Position numbers and translations under genes: made by a program. Positions 17,890 through 27,780 of a DNA stretch of 53,284 nt are shown piece by piece; position 1 is the first letter of the stretch, and every line of letters begins with the position of its first letter. Source of the DNA: Desulfuromonas sp. SDB. GTDB taxonomy: Bacteria; SDB-A. A model generated the notes under the pieces. That model did not search any database. It was not told the origin of the DNA and saw nothing but the letters and a program-made list of their open reading frames with translations. The DNA lies in the NCBI GenBank assembly GCA_001412365.1, contig LKUE01000209.1, positions 1-53,284 of the forward strand, given 5' to 3'.

Positions 17890-19163
17890 TGCTGGATTTA
17901 AAATTTATTCGGGAAAATCCACATATAGTTGCTCAGGCGATTAAAGATAAACAGGAAAAAGTTGATTTCAGTCAATTTCTGGATTTAGATGAACAAAGAA
18001 GAAATTTTCTTCAGGAACTGGAATTTAAAAGGAGACAGTTAAATCAATTGTCATCATCAATGGCTAAATTTAAAAAGCAAGGTGAACCTACTGACCAAAT
18101 CCATCATCAACTAAAAGATTTATCCCAGGAAATCAAACAAATTGAACTGAACTACAAAAAAGTTTATGATCAATGGGAGAAACTATATCATTTCATCCCC
18201 AATATACCTGAGCAAGATACTCCCCTGGGCTCATCTGAACAGGATAACAAAACCATTAAAATCTGGGGAGAGGTGGAAAAATCCAAGGAGGGATTGGACT
18301 ACCACCAGGTTTGTGAGAAGCTTCATCTGGTTAACTGGCAGAGTGCCAGTATAATAAGTCAATCTTCATTTCCTCTGTATCTAGGGGATGGAGCCAGATT
18401 AGAAATGGCTTTGATCATGTTCATGCTTGATCTGCATCAAAAACATCAGTATACACAGGTTTTCCCCCCCTTTCTGATAAACCGGGATTCCATGTTTGGC
18501 ACAGGTCAATTGCCTAAAATGGAAGAAGATTCTTATGTAATTGAAAAAGATGACCTCTTCCTCAATCCCACTGCAGAAGTGCCGGTAACCAACTTATTTA
18601 AAGGTCAAATTATTCCTGAACAGAAATTACCCGTAAAGCTATCCGCATTCACCACCTGTTTCAGAAGAGAAGCTGGTTCTTATGGCAAGGAAACAAAAGG
18701 ACTTCTGAGGATGCATCAATTTAACAAGGTAGAATTAGTACACTTAGTTAAACCAGAAGATGGATTCAACAGTCTGGAACAATTATTAAGTCAGGCAGAA
18801 TTAGTTCTCCAGCAGTTAAAGCTCCCCTACCGGGTGAGAATGTTATGCCGGGGTGATATGACTTTTGCCAGTGCTTTAACTTATGATTTAGAAGTCTGGG
18901 CGCCAATTTCCAAGAAATTCCTTGAAGTATCATCAGTTAGTTACTTTAAAGATTTTCAAGCGAGAAGGATTGGACTCAAATATCAACCGGAAAACGGTGC
19001 TAAACAGTTTATTCATACCTTAAATGGAAGTGCTCTGGCTACACCTCGTACTATGATTGCAATTTTAGAGCATTACCAGCAAGAGGATAATACCGTAATG
19101 ATTCCCGAAGTTCTACTGCCATATTTTTCCGGTCAAAAAGTAATAAATTCATCTGAACAATAA
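17889..19163 (+). CDS. serS: Seryl-tRNA synthetase
   Basis: 424 aa. N-terminal MLDLKFIRENP.. coiled-coil arm. Class II motifs (FRRE.GS.G..T.GL.R.HQF.KVE, TLNGSALA..R). Its ATG overlaps the upstream stop (TAATG). Confidence 0.95.
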   Translation: MLDLKFIRENPHIVAQAIKDKQEKVDFSQFLDLDEQRRNFLQELEFKRRQLNQLSSSMAKFKKQGEPTDQIHHQLKDLSQEIKQIELNYKKVYDQWEKLYHFIPNIPEQDTPLGSSEQDNKTIKIWGEVEKSKEGLDYHQVCEKLHLVNWQSASIISQSSFPLYLGDGARLEMALIMFMLDLHQKHQYTQVFPPFLINRDSMFGTGQLPKMEEDSYVIEKDDLFLNPTAEVPVTNLFKGQIIPEQKLPVKLSAFTTCFRREAGSYGKETKGLLRMHQFNKVELVHLVKPEDGFNSLEQLLSQAELVLQQLKLPYRVRMLCRGDMTFASALTYDLEVWAPISKKFLEVSSVSYFKDFQARRIGLKYQPENGAKQFIHTLNGSALATPRTMIAILEHYQQEDNTVMIPEVLLPYFSGQKVINSSEQ

Positions 19164-19204
19164 ATTTGTTAAATAAATAGTCGGATCGATAAATTTTTAC
19201 ATCT

Positions 19205-20980
19205 TTGAAATTTATTAAATATCATACATTAATTATCATTCTGGGGGGGATAGGATTGATCTCCTGTGCCAGTCATAATTCCAGCATGCAATTCACCTCT
19301 ATTGATAAAATCATCTTCCAGGGGAACCAGTCCATTCCTCCCCGGGAATTGGAGGCTATTTTATATTCAAAGTCCGGAGAAATATACAGTTCATTTACTC
19401 CCCGTGAAAACATCAAGGCAATTGTAGAACACTACCGCCAAATGGGCTTTCTCCAGGCGGAAGTGACTCAATCCTCAGATACCCTTGGTGAAAACGGTTA
19501 TATATTACTTTACACCATTAAAGAAGGACCCCGCTCTACCATAAATTCAATAACAATTATTGCTCCGGACATCGAAGTTGATTTATCCATGTTTGCTAAA
19601 CATCAAATTCTGCCCGGCCAACCCCTCAACCAGTACAATCTGTCCATGGCTTTATATATTTTGGCTTCAAGATATATTAATAAAGGCTATTATCATACTG
19701 AGATTTTCGATTCTCTTATTGCCTTGGATTATGATTCAACTGTTTTTGATATAAGCATCTTGGTTAATCCGGGTAATCAAGTGTACATACAAACTGTGGA
19801 AATAAGGGGGAACCGGAAAGTTAGGGAACAGGTTATTCAAAGAGAGTTAAATTTTGCCCGGGGGGACCTTTTTTATCCCGCTTTACTGGATATAGCAAAA
19901 ACCAGGCTTTATTACACCAGCTTATTTTCATATGTTTCATTGAGACCGTTACTTTCCAAAACAGATCAAGATAGTGTTAGGATTATTATCACGGTCAATG
20001 AATCAAAACCATCTTATATTTCCACAGGGATAAGCTACCGCACCAATCAACAGGCAGGCATTAACCTTCAGTGGGGAAATAACAATATTTTCGGGAATGC
20101 TCAAAAAGTTGATATTAAAGCTTCCTACACCTTTGATTTTTCAGGCAACTACCTGATTGACGCAGGAATAGGATACTATGAACCTTATTTTTTCAATTCC
20201 GGATTCATGGCTTCAACCAATATCAACGGTCAGCGTCAGGGTGGACAGCAGTTAAGCGCTAATTATATTGAAATAGTACAGGCATTTGGTCGAAAATTAT
20301 CTAGATTTGGGACAGCTTACCTCGCCTATAAATACCACATAGCCTGGCTGGACACTTCTTTTCAGAACCAGGTGTTCAATGAGAAGTACACTAATAGTAT
20401 TTTATTTAATTATGTTTACGATTCCCGGGATAATCCCTTTTATCCTTCCAAAGGATTTTATCAAGATTTAGGGGTGGAGTTTGCCGGAGGGATTTTAAAT
20501 GGAAACAACAATTTCATTAGACCTTCTGCTAAATGGGCTAGAATTGACAATATTAGTTCATGGGGAGGTTATCTGTTGGTAAAAGGCATATACACCCATC
20601 CCTACGGGTCAACTGCTGAGCAGGGGATTACCCCCGATCAGAAACTTCACCTGGGGGGAGTGAATTCATTGAGAGGTTATCCTGAGAACTCAATTGGAGA
20701 GGTGGATGAGATCGGAGAACACAGCGGTAATATTTTAATTAACTTCATGTCGGAAGCACATTACAAATACAATATAATTTCGTTTTGTGTTTTTTTGGAC
20801 GGGGGGGGATTATGGAATGAATATGCTGAGGTTTCAACTAACACTAATACCCAATTGGGATTTGGAGCAGGAATAAATTTTGAAACTCCTGCTGGTCCCA
20901 TAAGATTTGAATACGGAAAATCTTTAACCGAATTCAACCGACAGGGGATTTTTCATTTTGCCTTGGGATATCCTTTTTAA
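19205..20980 (+). CDS. BamA/TamA-family outer membrane protein (POTRA plus surface-antigen D15 barrel)
   Basis: 591 aa. The TTG start gives a signal/lipoprotein-like leader ..IILGGIGLISCAS. POTRA-like I.FQGN..I....LE. The barrel ends ..FHFALGYPF with a terminal Phe. Confidence 0.85.
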   Translation: MKFIKYHTLIIILGGIGLISCASHNSSMQFTSIDKIIFQGNQSIPPRELEAILYSKSGEIYSSFTPRENIKAIVEHYRQMGFLQAEVTQSSDTLGENGYILLYTIKEGPRSTINSITIIAPDIEVDLSMFAKHQILPGQPLNQYNLSMALYILASRYINKGYYHTEIFDSLIALDYDSTVFDISILVNPGNQVYIQTVEIRGNRKVREQVIQRELNFARGDLFYPALLDIAKTRLYYTSLFSYVSLRPLLSKTDQDSVRIIITVNESKPSYISTGISYRTNQQAGINLQWGNNNIFGNAQKVDIKASYTFDFSGNYLIDAGIGYYEPYFFNSGFMASTNINGQRQGGQQLSANYIEIVQAFGRKLSRFGTAYLAYKYHIAWLDTSFQNQVFNEKYTNSILFNYVYDSRDNPFYPSKGFYQDLGVEFAGGILNGNNNFIRPSAKWARIDNISSWGGYLLVKGIYTHPYGSTAEQGITPDQKLHLGGVNSLRGYPENSIGEVDEIGEHSGNILINFMSEAHYKYNIISFCVFLDGGGLWNEYAEVSTNTNTQLGFGAGINFETPAGPIRFEYGKSLTEFNRQGIFHFALGYPF

Positions 20981-23900
20981 ATCAATACCGGTGTTCAGAG
21001 GGGAAGGACGGTGGAGAAAATTCATTCCCCGGTTGAGGATCATTCTGTTTTTAGGTTGCTGTTTCATTATTGCAGTTTCCATCCAGGGCATCTACCAGGG
21101 CAAAGTATCCAATTATATTTTAGGGGAAATTAGTAAAATATTAAATCAACAATACGGATATGAATTTTCATTTGAAAATTCTTCTCTGATCCTCCCTGAC
21201 GGGATAATAGTAAAAGATATCAGTTTGTATTCACAGGATTCAATCTTACTTCTCCGGGCTGAAGAAGTATATATCAAGATGAATGTAAAGAACATCATCA
21301 GGGCATGGGAGTTGGAAAATATCTTATTTAAACAGGGAGAGATACACCTAACCCATCGTGAAAATGGAACTTCAATTTGGACCTCCCCCCAACCAAGCCG
21401 TCAAGAAACTCCACCCCCCCCCCCGGGCAAACTAAATTTCCCTAACATTTTAGTTGAAAATTTTGAAATTATGGATACGGATATCTATTTATCTGAAGAT
21501 AGTATCCTGGATTTTCAATTGAAATTATCCATTTTATCCAGTTCAAAAAAGATCTACGCGGAATTACATCAGATTTCCGGGGAATGGACTTCACCGGATA
21601 TAACTTTAACCGGCCGGGGTAATTTTAGTTTTGACCAGAATGGATATTTCAGCGGACAAATTGAAATGAACAGCTTAAAATCAAGTTTGATATCAGAGTT
21701 CAATGTAAATTTTCAAAAACACGAATACAGCATAAACTTACATCAAGCCAATGTTAAAATATCTGAATTTGTTCCTGAATTTTCTGGCTATTTAGAACTC
21801 CATGGTTATCTATCCTTTACCCCCCAGGACAGTTTTGCCCATTTCAATTTAATTGCCAGTAAAATTCACTATAGTGGGGTTAAAACAGATTCATTAACCG
21901 CAGATATTATTTTAGAGGACAATGTACTGTCAACCAATTTAACTTTAAATTTCAATCAAAAATCATCAATTAACTCTGAACTCCGTTATTTTTTACCGGG
22001 TGATTCTGTAAATTATCAAATATCTGTAGTGAACTTTGATCCTCAGTTAGTTCCCTTCACCCCTAGTAACTACATTCAGAATTTATCCGGTAATTTAAAT
22101 GGAACCATTAAATACTTAAAAAATTTAGATTCATCGGAAATATATGCTGATCTATCCCTTGTGGGAATAGATCACCATAACCGCTCCTCTCACCTGTTTG
22201 GACAGGCGAACTACTTCCGAGGAGAAGATTCGCTAAATGCCCATTTAAATCTAGAGAATTTCAATCCTTCCCTGTTGTATAATATTCCCGACTCCATTCC
22301 GGTTACTGTAAACGGAGTGATTGACGGGGCAATCAGCAATATTTCACAACAGTCTATCCGGACCATTTTCTCCACTTTCAATTTCACAAACTCAAAGATT
22401 GCAAATTACATCATTAACTCAGTTCAAGGTCAGTTCAACTATCAAAATAATAAACTAACCCTCAGTTTTATCAGCCAGTCATCAGACCTGGGCGATATCA
22501 ATGCACAGCTGCAGTATTACAGCAAAAACATGGACTTTACAGCCACCTGCAGCAATTTCCCCTTATCTGAACTACACCGTAATGGATTGATTGACCAAGA
22601 AATTTCAGGCAATTTAAATGCAACATTTGCACTGGTAAAACGAACTTTGAATATTGCCGCCGATATTGATAATTTTTATTTTCAACAACACCGGGCGGAA
22701 AAAATAAGTCTTAGATTAGTTGATTTCTCCATTAGTGACTTCTCCGGAGAACAGCTAAAACTGATTGTTGATAACTTTCAAAGCAGGGGCATAATTTTTG
22801 ACCAGATTGAACTTCTTGCCCGGGGTGAACATCAGAATTGGCAGGGAAGGTTGAGCGCGGTGAAAATTGACCAGAATATAAATCTGGGATTTTATTACTA
22901 CCCCCAGTCAGAAATAATAAATATTAACTCCTGGGAATGGACTAATCCCGCCCTAAACCTGCATCTGGACAATCCTTTTTCCATTGACTTCAGTGAAGGT
23001 CTGGAAATTGATACAATTAGCTTGACTGGTGAATCCGGAGTGAAAATTAAAGGATATTTCTCTTGGCTTGAAGATTCTCTGAACGGTTTTATACAAATAA
23101 AATCTCTGAACATAGATATAGTGGAAAAATTCTTCTACTTCGATCAGGATTTAGAAGGAACGGTTTCAGTATATTCCGGCATTAATGGAACCGCCCAGAA
23201 TCCTCATATTTCCCTGAGGGCAATGATGAGAGATTGCTTAATCGAACCGGTAAAAATTGACAGTGCAGAAATTGCAGCAATAATTTTCAATGAAAAAGTA
23301 GAAATTGATCAGTTTGAAATTTACAATCATCAGGAGATATCCACCATCCAGGGCACTCTGCCTTTAAATAGCGAAGATAATATTGATCTGTACTGTCAAT
23401 TCAACAATATCGGATTATGGCCTTTTGAATTCATTTCCGATATTGTGTCTCCCCTCAACGGTCGTATAGATGGAAATATTCAGGTGCAAGGCACCTATTC
23501 AGATTTAGATATAAATGGAAATCTTACCATTGATCAAGCCAGCATGTATGTAATTGTAATTGGGCAAGTAGTGGAAAATATAGCTGGCACTTTAAATTTT
23601 TCTCAAGACACTGCCTGGCTGGATATAAAAGGGGAAAATAATGGAGGGGATATTGATATGAACGGATTTATCCAATTCAATCGTAATTTCTCATCTATCA
23701 GCAGCAGACTGCATTTTAATTTCAATGAAATCGCCTGGGCAGGGCTGGAGGGATTGTGGGCTAATCTCAACGGTCATATTGATATCGAAATTGACACTTT
23801 TGAAAACATTTCCATTCAGGGTGATGTTGATATTAATGAAGCATTAATCATACCCCCCCCAAAAACTGCGGCTCCTCAAACCGGAGAACAGGAATTACCG

Positions 23901-24653
23901 GAAATGGATTTATTTATAGACGGATCAGAAGGGAATATCTGGTTTAAAAGCGATTTTGCCGACGCAAAATTATTTGGTAATTTATATATATCCAGCTTTA
24001 ATAATGTAATTGAAACCAAGGGTGATCTGGAAGTGGAAAGAGGGAATATATTTTATTTGGACAGGGCATTTCGAATTACCGAAGGTTTTATCTTTATCCT
24101 TTCCCAGGGAGATAAAATTGACGGCAATGTAGATATTAAAGGTGAAACTACAATTAACTACACTATTCCCACCGAGCAGGGAACCCCGGAAAGACAATCA
24201 GCTACTATATATGTTGAACTTAAAGGAAAAATTTCAGCGCCTGAATTTATATTGACCTCTACCCCCAAACTATCTCAGCAGGATATTGCCTCCCTGCTGA
24301 CTTTCAATACTACCTGGAGTAACATCTCCTCATTTTCCACCATTGCCCAGGCAGTTCCAGACCGGGCGTTGAATTACCTTCTCCGTACTCAGATTTTAAA
24401 CCGATTGCAGAGAACTATAGGATTAGATGCTATTGATCTGGAAACTGAATTTGGATCAACTAACCGGGCTAAGCTTACCCTGGGGAAATATCTGACTAAT
24501 CAGTTTTATGTTGAATATCAAAAAGATATATTAAATGATACAGATTCAGAAATTAGTCTTCAGTACAATATCTGGAAAAACGCTTCAGTATTTTTAAATA
24601 AACAGCAAGATAATATCTTCGGCTTAGGATTAAGATTTATCTGGAGGTATTAA
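20958..24653 (+). CDS. tamB: TamB-like translocation and assembly module protein (DUF490 C-terminus)
   Basis: 1231 aa. Single N-terminal TM anchor (ILFLGCCFIIAVSI) and a long beta-rich body. The C-terminus ..LTLGKYLTNQFYVEYQKD.. fits DUF490. The start is uncertain: TTG at 20958 overlaps the BamA-like gene by 23 nt, whereas in-frame GTG at 20991 avoids the overlap. Confidence 0.8.
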   Translation: MPWDILFKSIPVFRGEGRWRKFIPRLRIILFLGCCFIIAVSIQGIYQGKVSNYILGEISKILNQQYGYEFSFENSSLILPDGIIVKDISLYSQDSILLLRAEEVYIKMNVKNIIRAWELENILFKQGEIHLTHRENGTSIWTSPQPSRQETPPPPPGKLNFPNILVENFEIMDTDIYLSEDSILDFQLKLSILSSSKKIYAELHQISGEWTSPDITLTGRGNFSFDQNGYFSGQIEMNSLKSSLISEFNVNFQKHEYSINLHQANVKISEFVPEFSGYLELHGYLSFTPQDSFAHFNLIASKIHYSGVKTDSLTADIILEDNVLSTNLTLNFNQKSSINSELRYFLPGDSVNYQISVVNFDPQLVPFTPSNYIQNLSGNLNGTIKYLKNLDSSEIYADLSLVGIDHHNRSSHLFGQANYFRGEDSLNAHLNLENFNPSLLYNIPDSIPVTVNGVIDGAISNISQQSIRTIFSTFNFTNSKIANYIINSVQGQFNYQNNKLTLSFISQSSDLGDINAQLQYYSKNMDFTATCSNFPLSELHRNGLIDQEISGNLNATFALVKRTLNIAADIDNFYFQQHRAEKISLRLVDFSISDFSGEQLKLIVDNFQSRGIIFDQIELLARGEHQNWQGRLSAVKIDQNINLGFYYYPQSEIININSWEWTNPALNLHLDNPFSIDFSEGLEIDTISLTGESGVKIKGYFSWLEDSLNGFIQIKSLNIDIVEKFFYFDQDLEGTVSVYSGINGTAQNPHISLRAMMRDCLIEPVKIDSAEIAAIIFNEKVEIDQFEIYNHQEISTIQGTLPLNSEDNIDLYCQFNNIGLWPFEFISDIVSPLNGRIDGNIQVQGTYSDLDINGNLTIDQASMYVIVIGQVVENIAGTLNFSQDTAWLDIKGENNGGDIDMNGFIQFNRNFSSISSRLHFNFNEIAWAGLEGLWANLNGHIDIEIDTFENISIQGDVDINEALIIPPPKTAAPQTGEQELPEMDLFIDGSEGNIWFKSDFADAKLFGNLYISSFNNVIETKGDLEVERGNIFYLDRAFRITEGFIFILSQGDKIDGNVDIKGETTINYTIPTEQGTPERQSATIYVELKGKISAPEFILTSTPKLSQQDIASLLTFNTTWSNISSFSTIAQAVPDRALNYLLRTQILNRLQRTIGLDAIDLETEFGSTNRAKLTLGKYLTNQFYVEYQKDILNDTDSEISLQYNIWKNASVFLNKQQDNIFGLGLRFIWRY

Positions 24654-24777
24654 ATATCTTTTAATTTCAAACCTTTAAAATTCTTTCAACATCTGATGGT
24701 GACAGTCAATCCATAAATACTAAATAGATATTTAAATAAAAACTCATTGATAATCTAAATTAAACCGGGCTGAATTA

Positions 24778-26538
24778 TTAATTAATAACTGCTTGAATAA
24801 TTTTCGGATCGACATTGTACTGTTTTAGAAATTTTTCCCTGGCTTCTTTCATCTTTTGCACCCAGTTCTGGTAGTCCTTCTCCCTATGGTTATTCTTAAA
24901 ATAAATATAGGGATTAAGTATTTCCACGGGGACCTGTTCAATTAAATTTTTATTTTCAGGATTATCCACATCTACAATGTAATAATTAAAATCAGGATCA
25001 AGTTTCCATTTAATTATATTTTTAAATAACGCTTCCAGCATAGCTGATGAATGTCTGATTTTAACTTTCAGTGCATTGCCCAATTCTAAATCCCTGGCAT
25101 CCCCCCCGATATAACCGGTATTCATCAGCCAAGTTTGCAGTTTTGAAAAATTAGCCAGCAATTCCTTGAACCTTACCGGCTGCAGACTGTAATTGCGGGG
25201 AAAGAAGGGCTGGGTAAACGGAGATCTGGTTTTTCCCCGTTCCTTACCCGCAGCAGAAGTCTTGGAGGTTTCCCCCAGCATAAAATAACCTGCAGCTTGT
25301 TCCGGAGAACTGAACAGCACTATTCCCGGAGTTGCTGCGTCTGATCCTTCATCCCGATTCAGAATGCCCAGTGAACCTAAATCCGGTAATTTTTGAAAAT
25401 CAGCGGCATTCTCTATTGCGGACATGGGAATAATTGATCTTCCATTCTGAGTCCACACCACAAAATCCCAACCATCCTGGGGGATATTGTATTCATCTAC
25501 AACCTCAGATGATTTAACTTCACCGGAAATGTATTTGTTTAAATTCTCCTCGGAGCTGCCAGTCAACAGCAACATCTTTTTAAGTCTGTCCACTTCTTCA
25601 GGGCTGAGAATGTTTTTAGAAAAATCATAAGTTCCGTCAGGGTTGGGGAATACGTTTTCAATCCAGGCATCTGGATGGACCGTACCTCTGTAAATTACCG
25701 GCTCACTTTGTTCAGTTAAACCGTAGGTTTTGGCAAAACAGCCGTTTTCGGTAATGGAAAATGTACCGTCAGGCCAGAGAGCGATCATATCATCCTGAAT
25801 TGGTTCAGTGCCTTCACCCTGACGGGAAAAAGTAGTAGTGGTTTTTCCTGTTCCGGACAGCCCCATGATTGCCACCGATATTTTCTTTTCCGCTAATTTC
25901 ACTACTTTTGCCCCGGCATGCAGTACCAGCCCCCCCCGTTGATATACATATTCATTGAACATTCTCAGTTCACCCTTTTTGCTTTCTCCAAAGTAATCAG
26001 GTCCTATCACATGAGTTACATAATTTTCCAGGTCAACGATAATAGCTTGATCTCCAGGCATTCCCACCGCTCTTGCTCCCGCAGTGAACACCAGGGTTAA
26101 CTGGTTTTTAAAAGGTTTTTCCAGTTGTTCAGGAGTTTCAATTATTTCCCGGGGAAAAGCAAGAACCTGCTGCATACCGGCGATGTTGGAAACTTCCAGG
26201 TCATAAAACCAGGTAACCCCTACTGCTCTCTCACCAATACCGATATAACCGTCAATCCTGATCATGATTCCCTGCTCCACCATATATTTTTTTGCCTGTT
26301 CAATCAATTCACCAGCTTGTTGGGAGGTTATTACCTTACTGGAGTATTTTGATGATTCGCTGGGGGGGGCGATAATATAGGTCCATTCTGCTTTCCGGGC
26401 TTTGTTACGGGTGAGTTTTAATATATTACCGTAATAGCTTTTCATGGTAGCTAAACCATGTTTTAAGCTTAACTCTCTCAACTCTTCCTGATCTGGATTA
26501 TCAATAATTTTAACTTGGGAAGGAATCAGCTGATCCAT
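24778..26538 (-). CDS. pckA: Phosphoenolpyruvate carboxykinase (ATP)
   Basis: Kinase-1a motif IMGLSGTGKTT plus surrounding PEPCK(ATP) blocks. The ORF extends to 26568, but ATG at 26538 has AAGGAG (26554..26549) upstream and avoids overlap with the pfk stop. Confidence 0.88.
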   Translation of the reverse strand: MDQLIPSQVKIIDNPDQEELRELSLKHGLATMKSYYGNILKLTRNKARKAEWTYIIAPPSESSKYSSKVITSQQAGELIEQAKKYMVEQGIMIRIDGYIGIGERAVGVTWFYDLEVSNIAGMQQVLAFPREIIETPEQLEKPFKNQLTLVFTAGARAVGMPGDQAIIVDLENYVTHVIGPDYFGESKKGELRMFNEYVYQRGGLVLHAGAKVVKLAEKKISVAIMGLSGTGKTTTTFSRQGEGTEPIQDDMIALWPDGTFSITENGCFAKTYGLTEQSEPVIYRGTVHPDAWIENVFPNPDGTYDFSKNILSPEEVDRLKKMLLLTGSSEENLNKYISGEVKSSEVVDEYNIPQDGWDFVVWTQNGRSIIPMSAIENAADFQKLPDLGSLGILNRDEGSDAATPGIVLFSSPEQAAGYFMLGETSKTSAAGKERGKTRSPFTQPFFPRNYSLQPVRFKELLANFSKLQTWLMNTGYIGGDARDLELGNALKVKIRHSSAMLEALFKNIIKWKLDPDFNYYIVDVDNPENKNLIEQVPVEILNPYIYFKNNHREKDYQNWVQKMKEAREKFLKQYNVDPKIIQAVIN

Positions 26539-26554
26539 GTCTGTAATTCTCCTT

Positions 26555-27766
26555 TCAATATTGAACATTAATTTTAGGGGCAGAAAGTTTCGCCCAGTTG
26601 GGCAATTCTCCCACTAGAGGTTTGAGGTAGTTTACAAACTGGGTGGTTATAAAACTGTTTTCAGTATCAATGTACTGATCAGGCATTGATTTGGTTTTTT
26701 TAGCCACTTCAGTTAAGGAAGTTAATTGATATTGAATTGAATAATCTCCGGTTCTATGCATGGTAATTGAACCATCAGCTTCAATTGAGCTGGAAATATT
26801 GACTGCATATTCGGCAATTTCCCTGGCTTCCCAGGTATCCACTTGACTGGTGCAGCCTAAAAATGACCGTTGTAAATATCCAAAGGTATCCCCCCTCACC
26901 CGTTTTACCTTTAACTTTTCCTTTATCAGGTCTTTCAGCGCATCTCCCAGCATACCGGTGCCGGATAACTGAACATTGCCGTGGGAATCATGCTCCACTC
27001 TCTCCTGAAGCTTCACCATCATTGGATTTCCCTGTTCATCCACTATTCCTTCACTGACTGCGATGACGCACCGCCCCTGATCTGAAAGCACTTTTTCCAC
27101 ATCTTTGAGAAACCGGTCAATGCTGAAAGGTTTTTCAGGCAGATAAATCAAATGAGGACCATCCTCACTGTACTTCTTAGCCAAACCGGCAGCGGCAGTT
27201 AAAAATCCGGCGTGTCTGCCCATCACCACTCCGATGTAGACACCGGGAATTGAACGGTTGTCCAAATTTACCCCGGTAAAGGCTTGGGTTACAAATTTTG
27301 CTGCGGAAGGATAACCCGGGGTATGATCGGTAACCAACAGATCATTGTCAATGGTTTTGGGTATGTGAAAAACCCTTAAATCATAATTGTGAATATTGGA
27401 CTGCTCGTTGACAATACGGCAGGTGTCCGCAGAGTCATTGCCCCCGATGTAGAAGAAATACCTTATATCATGTTTTTTAAATACTTCAAATATTTTCTGG
27501 CAGTATTCCTGATCAGGTTTATCCCTGGTGCTGCCCAGCGCAGCACCCGGAGTGACCGCTACATCTTCTATGTTCCGGGAGGAAATTCTGCCCAAGTCAA
27601 TGAAATTTTCCTCAATAATTCCTCTAACTCCGTGGATTGCCCCGTACAGCTCAGATATATGATTATGCCTTTGAACCTGAAAGATTACTCCGGCTAAAGA
27701 TTGATTTATTACCGCAGTGGGACCACCTCCCTGAGCGATCACTGCCTTTCCCATTAATTTTGCCAT
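26555..27766 (-). CDS. pfp: 6-phosphofructokinase, probably pyrophosphate-dependent (PPi-PFK)
   Basis: Starts MAKLMGKAVIAQGGGPTAVIN, with AAGGAGAG upstream. PFK blocks IGGNDSA, IPKTIDNDL and MGRHAG. Asp and Lys occupy the positions of E. coli PfkA Gly104 and Gly124, which is the PPi-type signature. The 30-aa N-terminal extension in the ORF track (to 27856) overlaps the upstream gene and is rejected. Confidence 0.8.
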   Translation of the reverse strand: MAKLMGKAVIAQGGGPTAVINQSLAGVIFQVQRHNHISELYGAIHGVRGIIEENFIDLGRISSRNIEDVAVTPGAALGSTRDKPDQEYCQKIFEVFKKHDIRYFFYIGGNDSADTCRIVNEQSNIHNYDLRVFHIPKTIDNDLLVTDHTPGYPSAAKFVTQAFTGVNLDNRSIPGVYIGVVMGRHAGFLTAAAGLAKKYSEDGPHLIYLPEKPFSIDRFLKDVEKVLSDQGRCVIAVSEGIVDEQGNPMMVKLQERVEHDSHGNVQLSGTGMLGDALKDLIKEKLKVKRVRGDTFGYLQRSFLGCTSQVDTWEAREIAEYAVNISSSIEADGSITMHRTGDYSIQYQLTSLTEVAKKTKSMPDQYIDTENSFITTQFVNYLKPLVGELPNWAKLSAPKINVQY

Positions 27767-27780
27767 AACTCTCTCCTTAT

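Noticed and set aside
24654-24777. A bidirectional terminator between convergent tamB and pckA.
   Set aside because: I could not find a stable GC-containing hairpin followed by a T-run. There are only tiny palindromes such as TGAC-A-GTCA.
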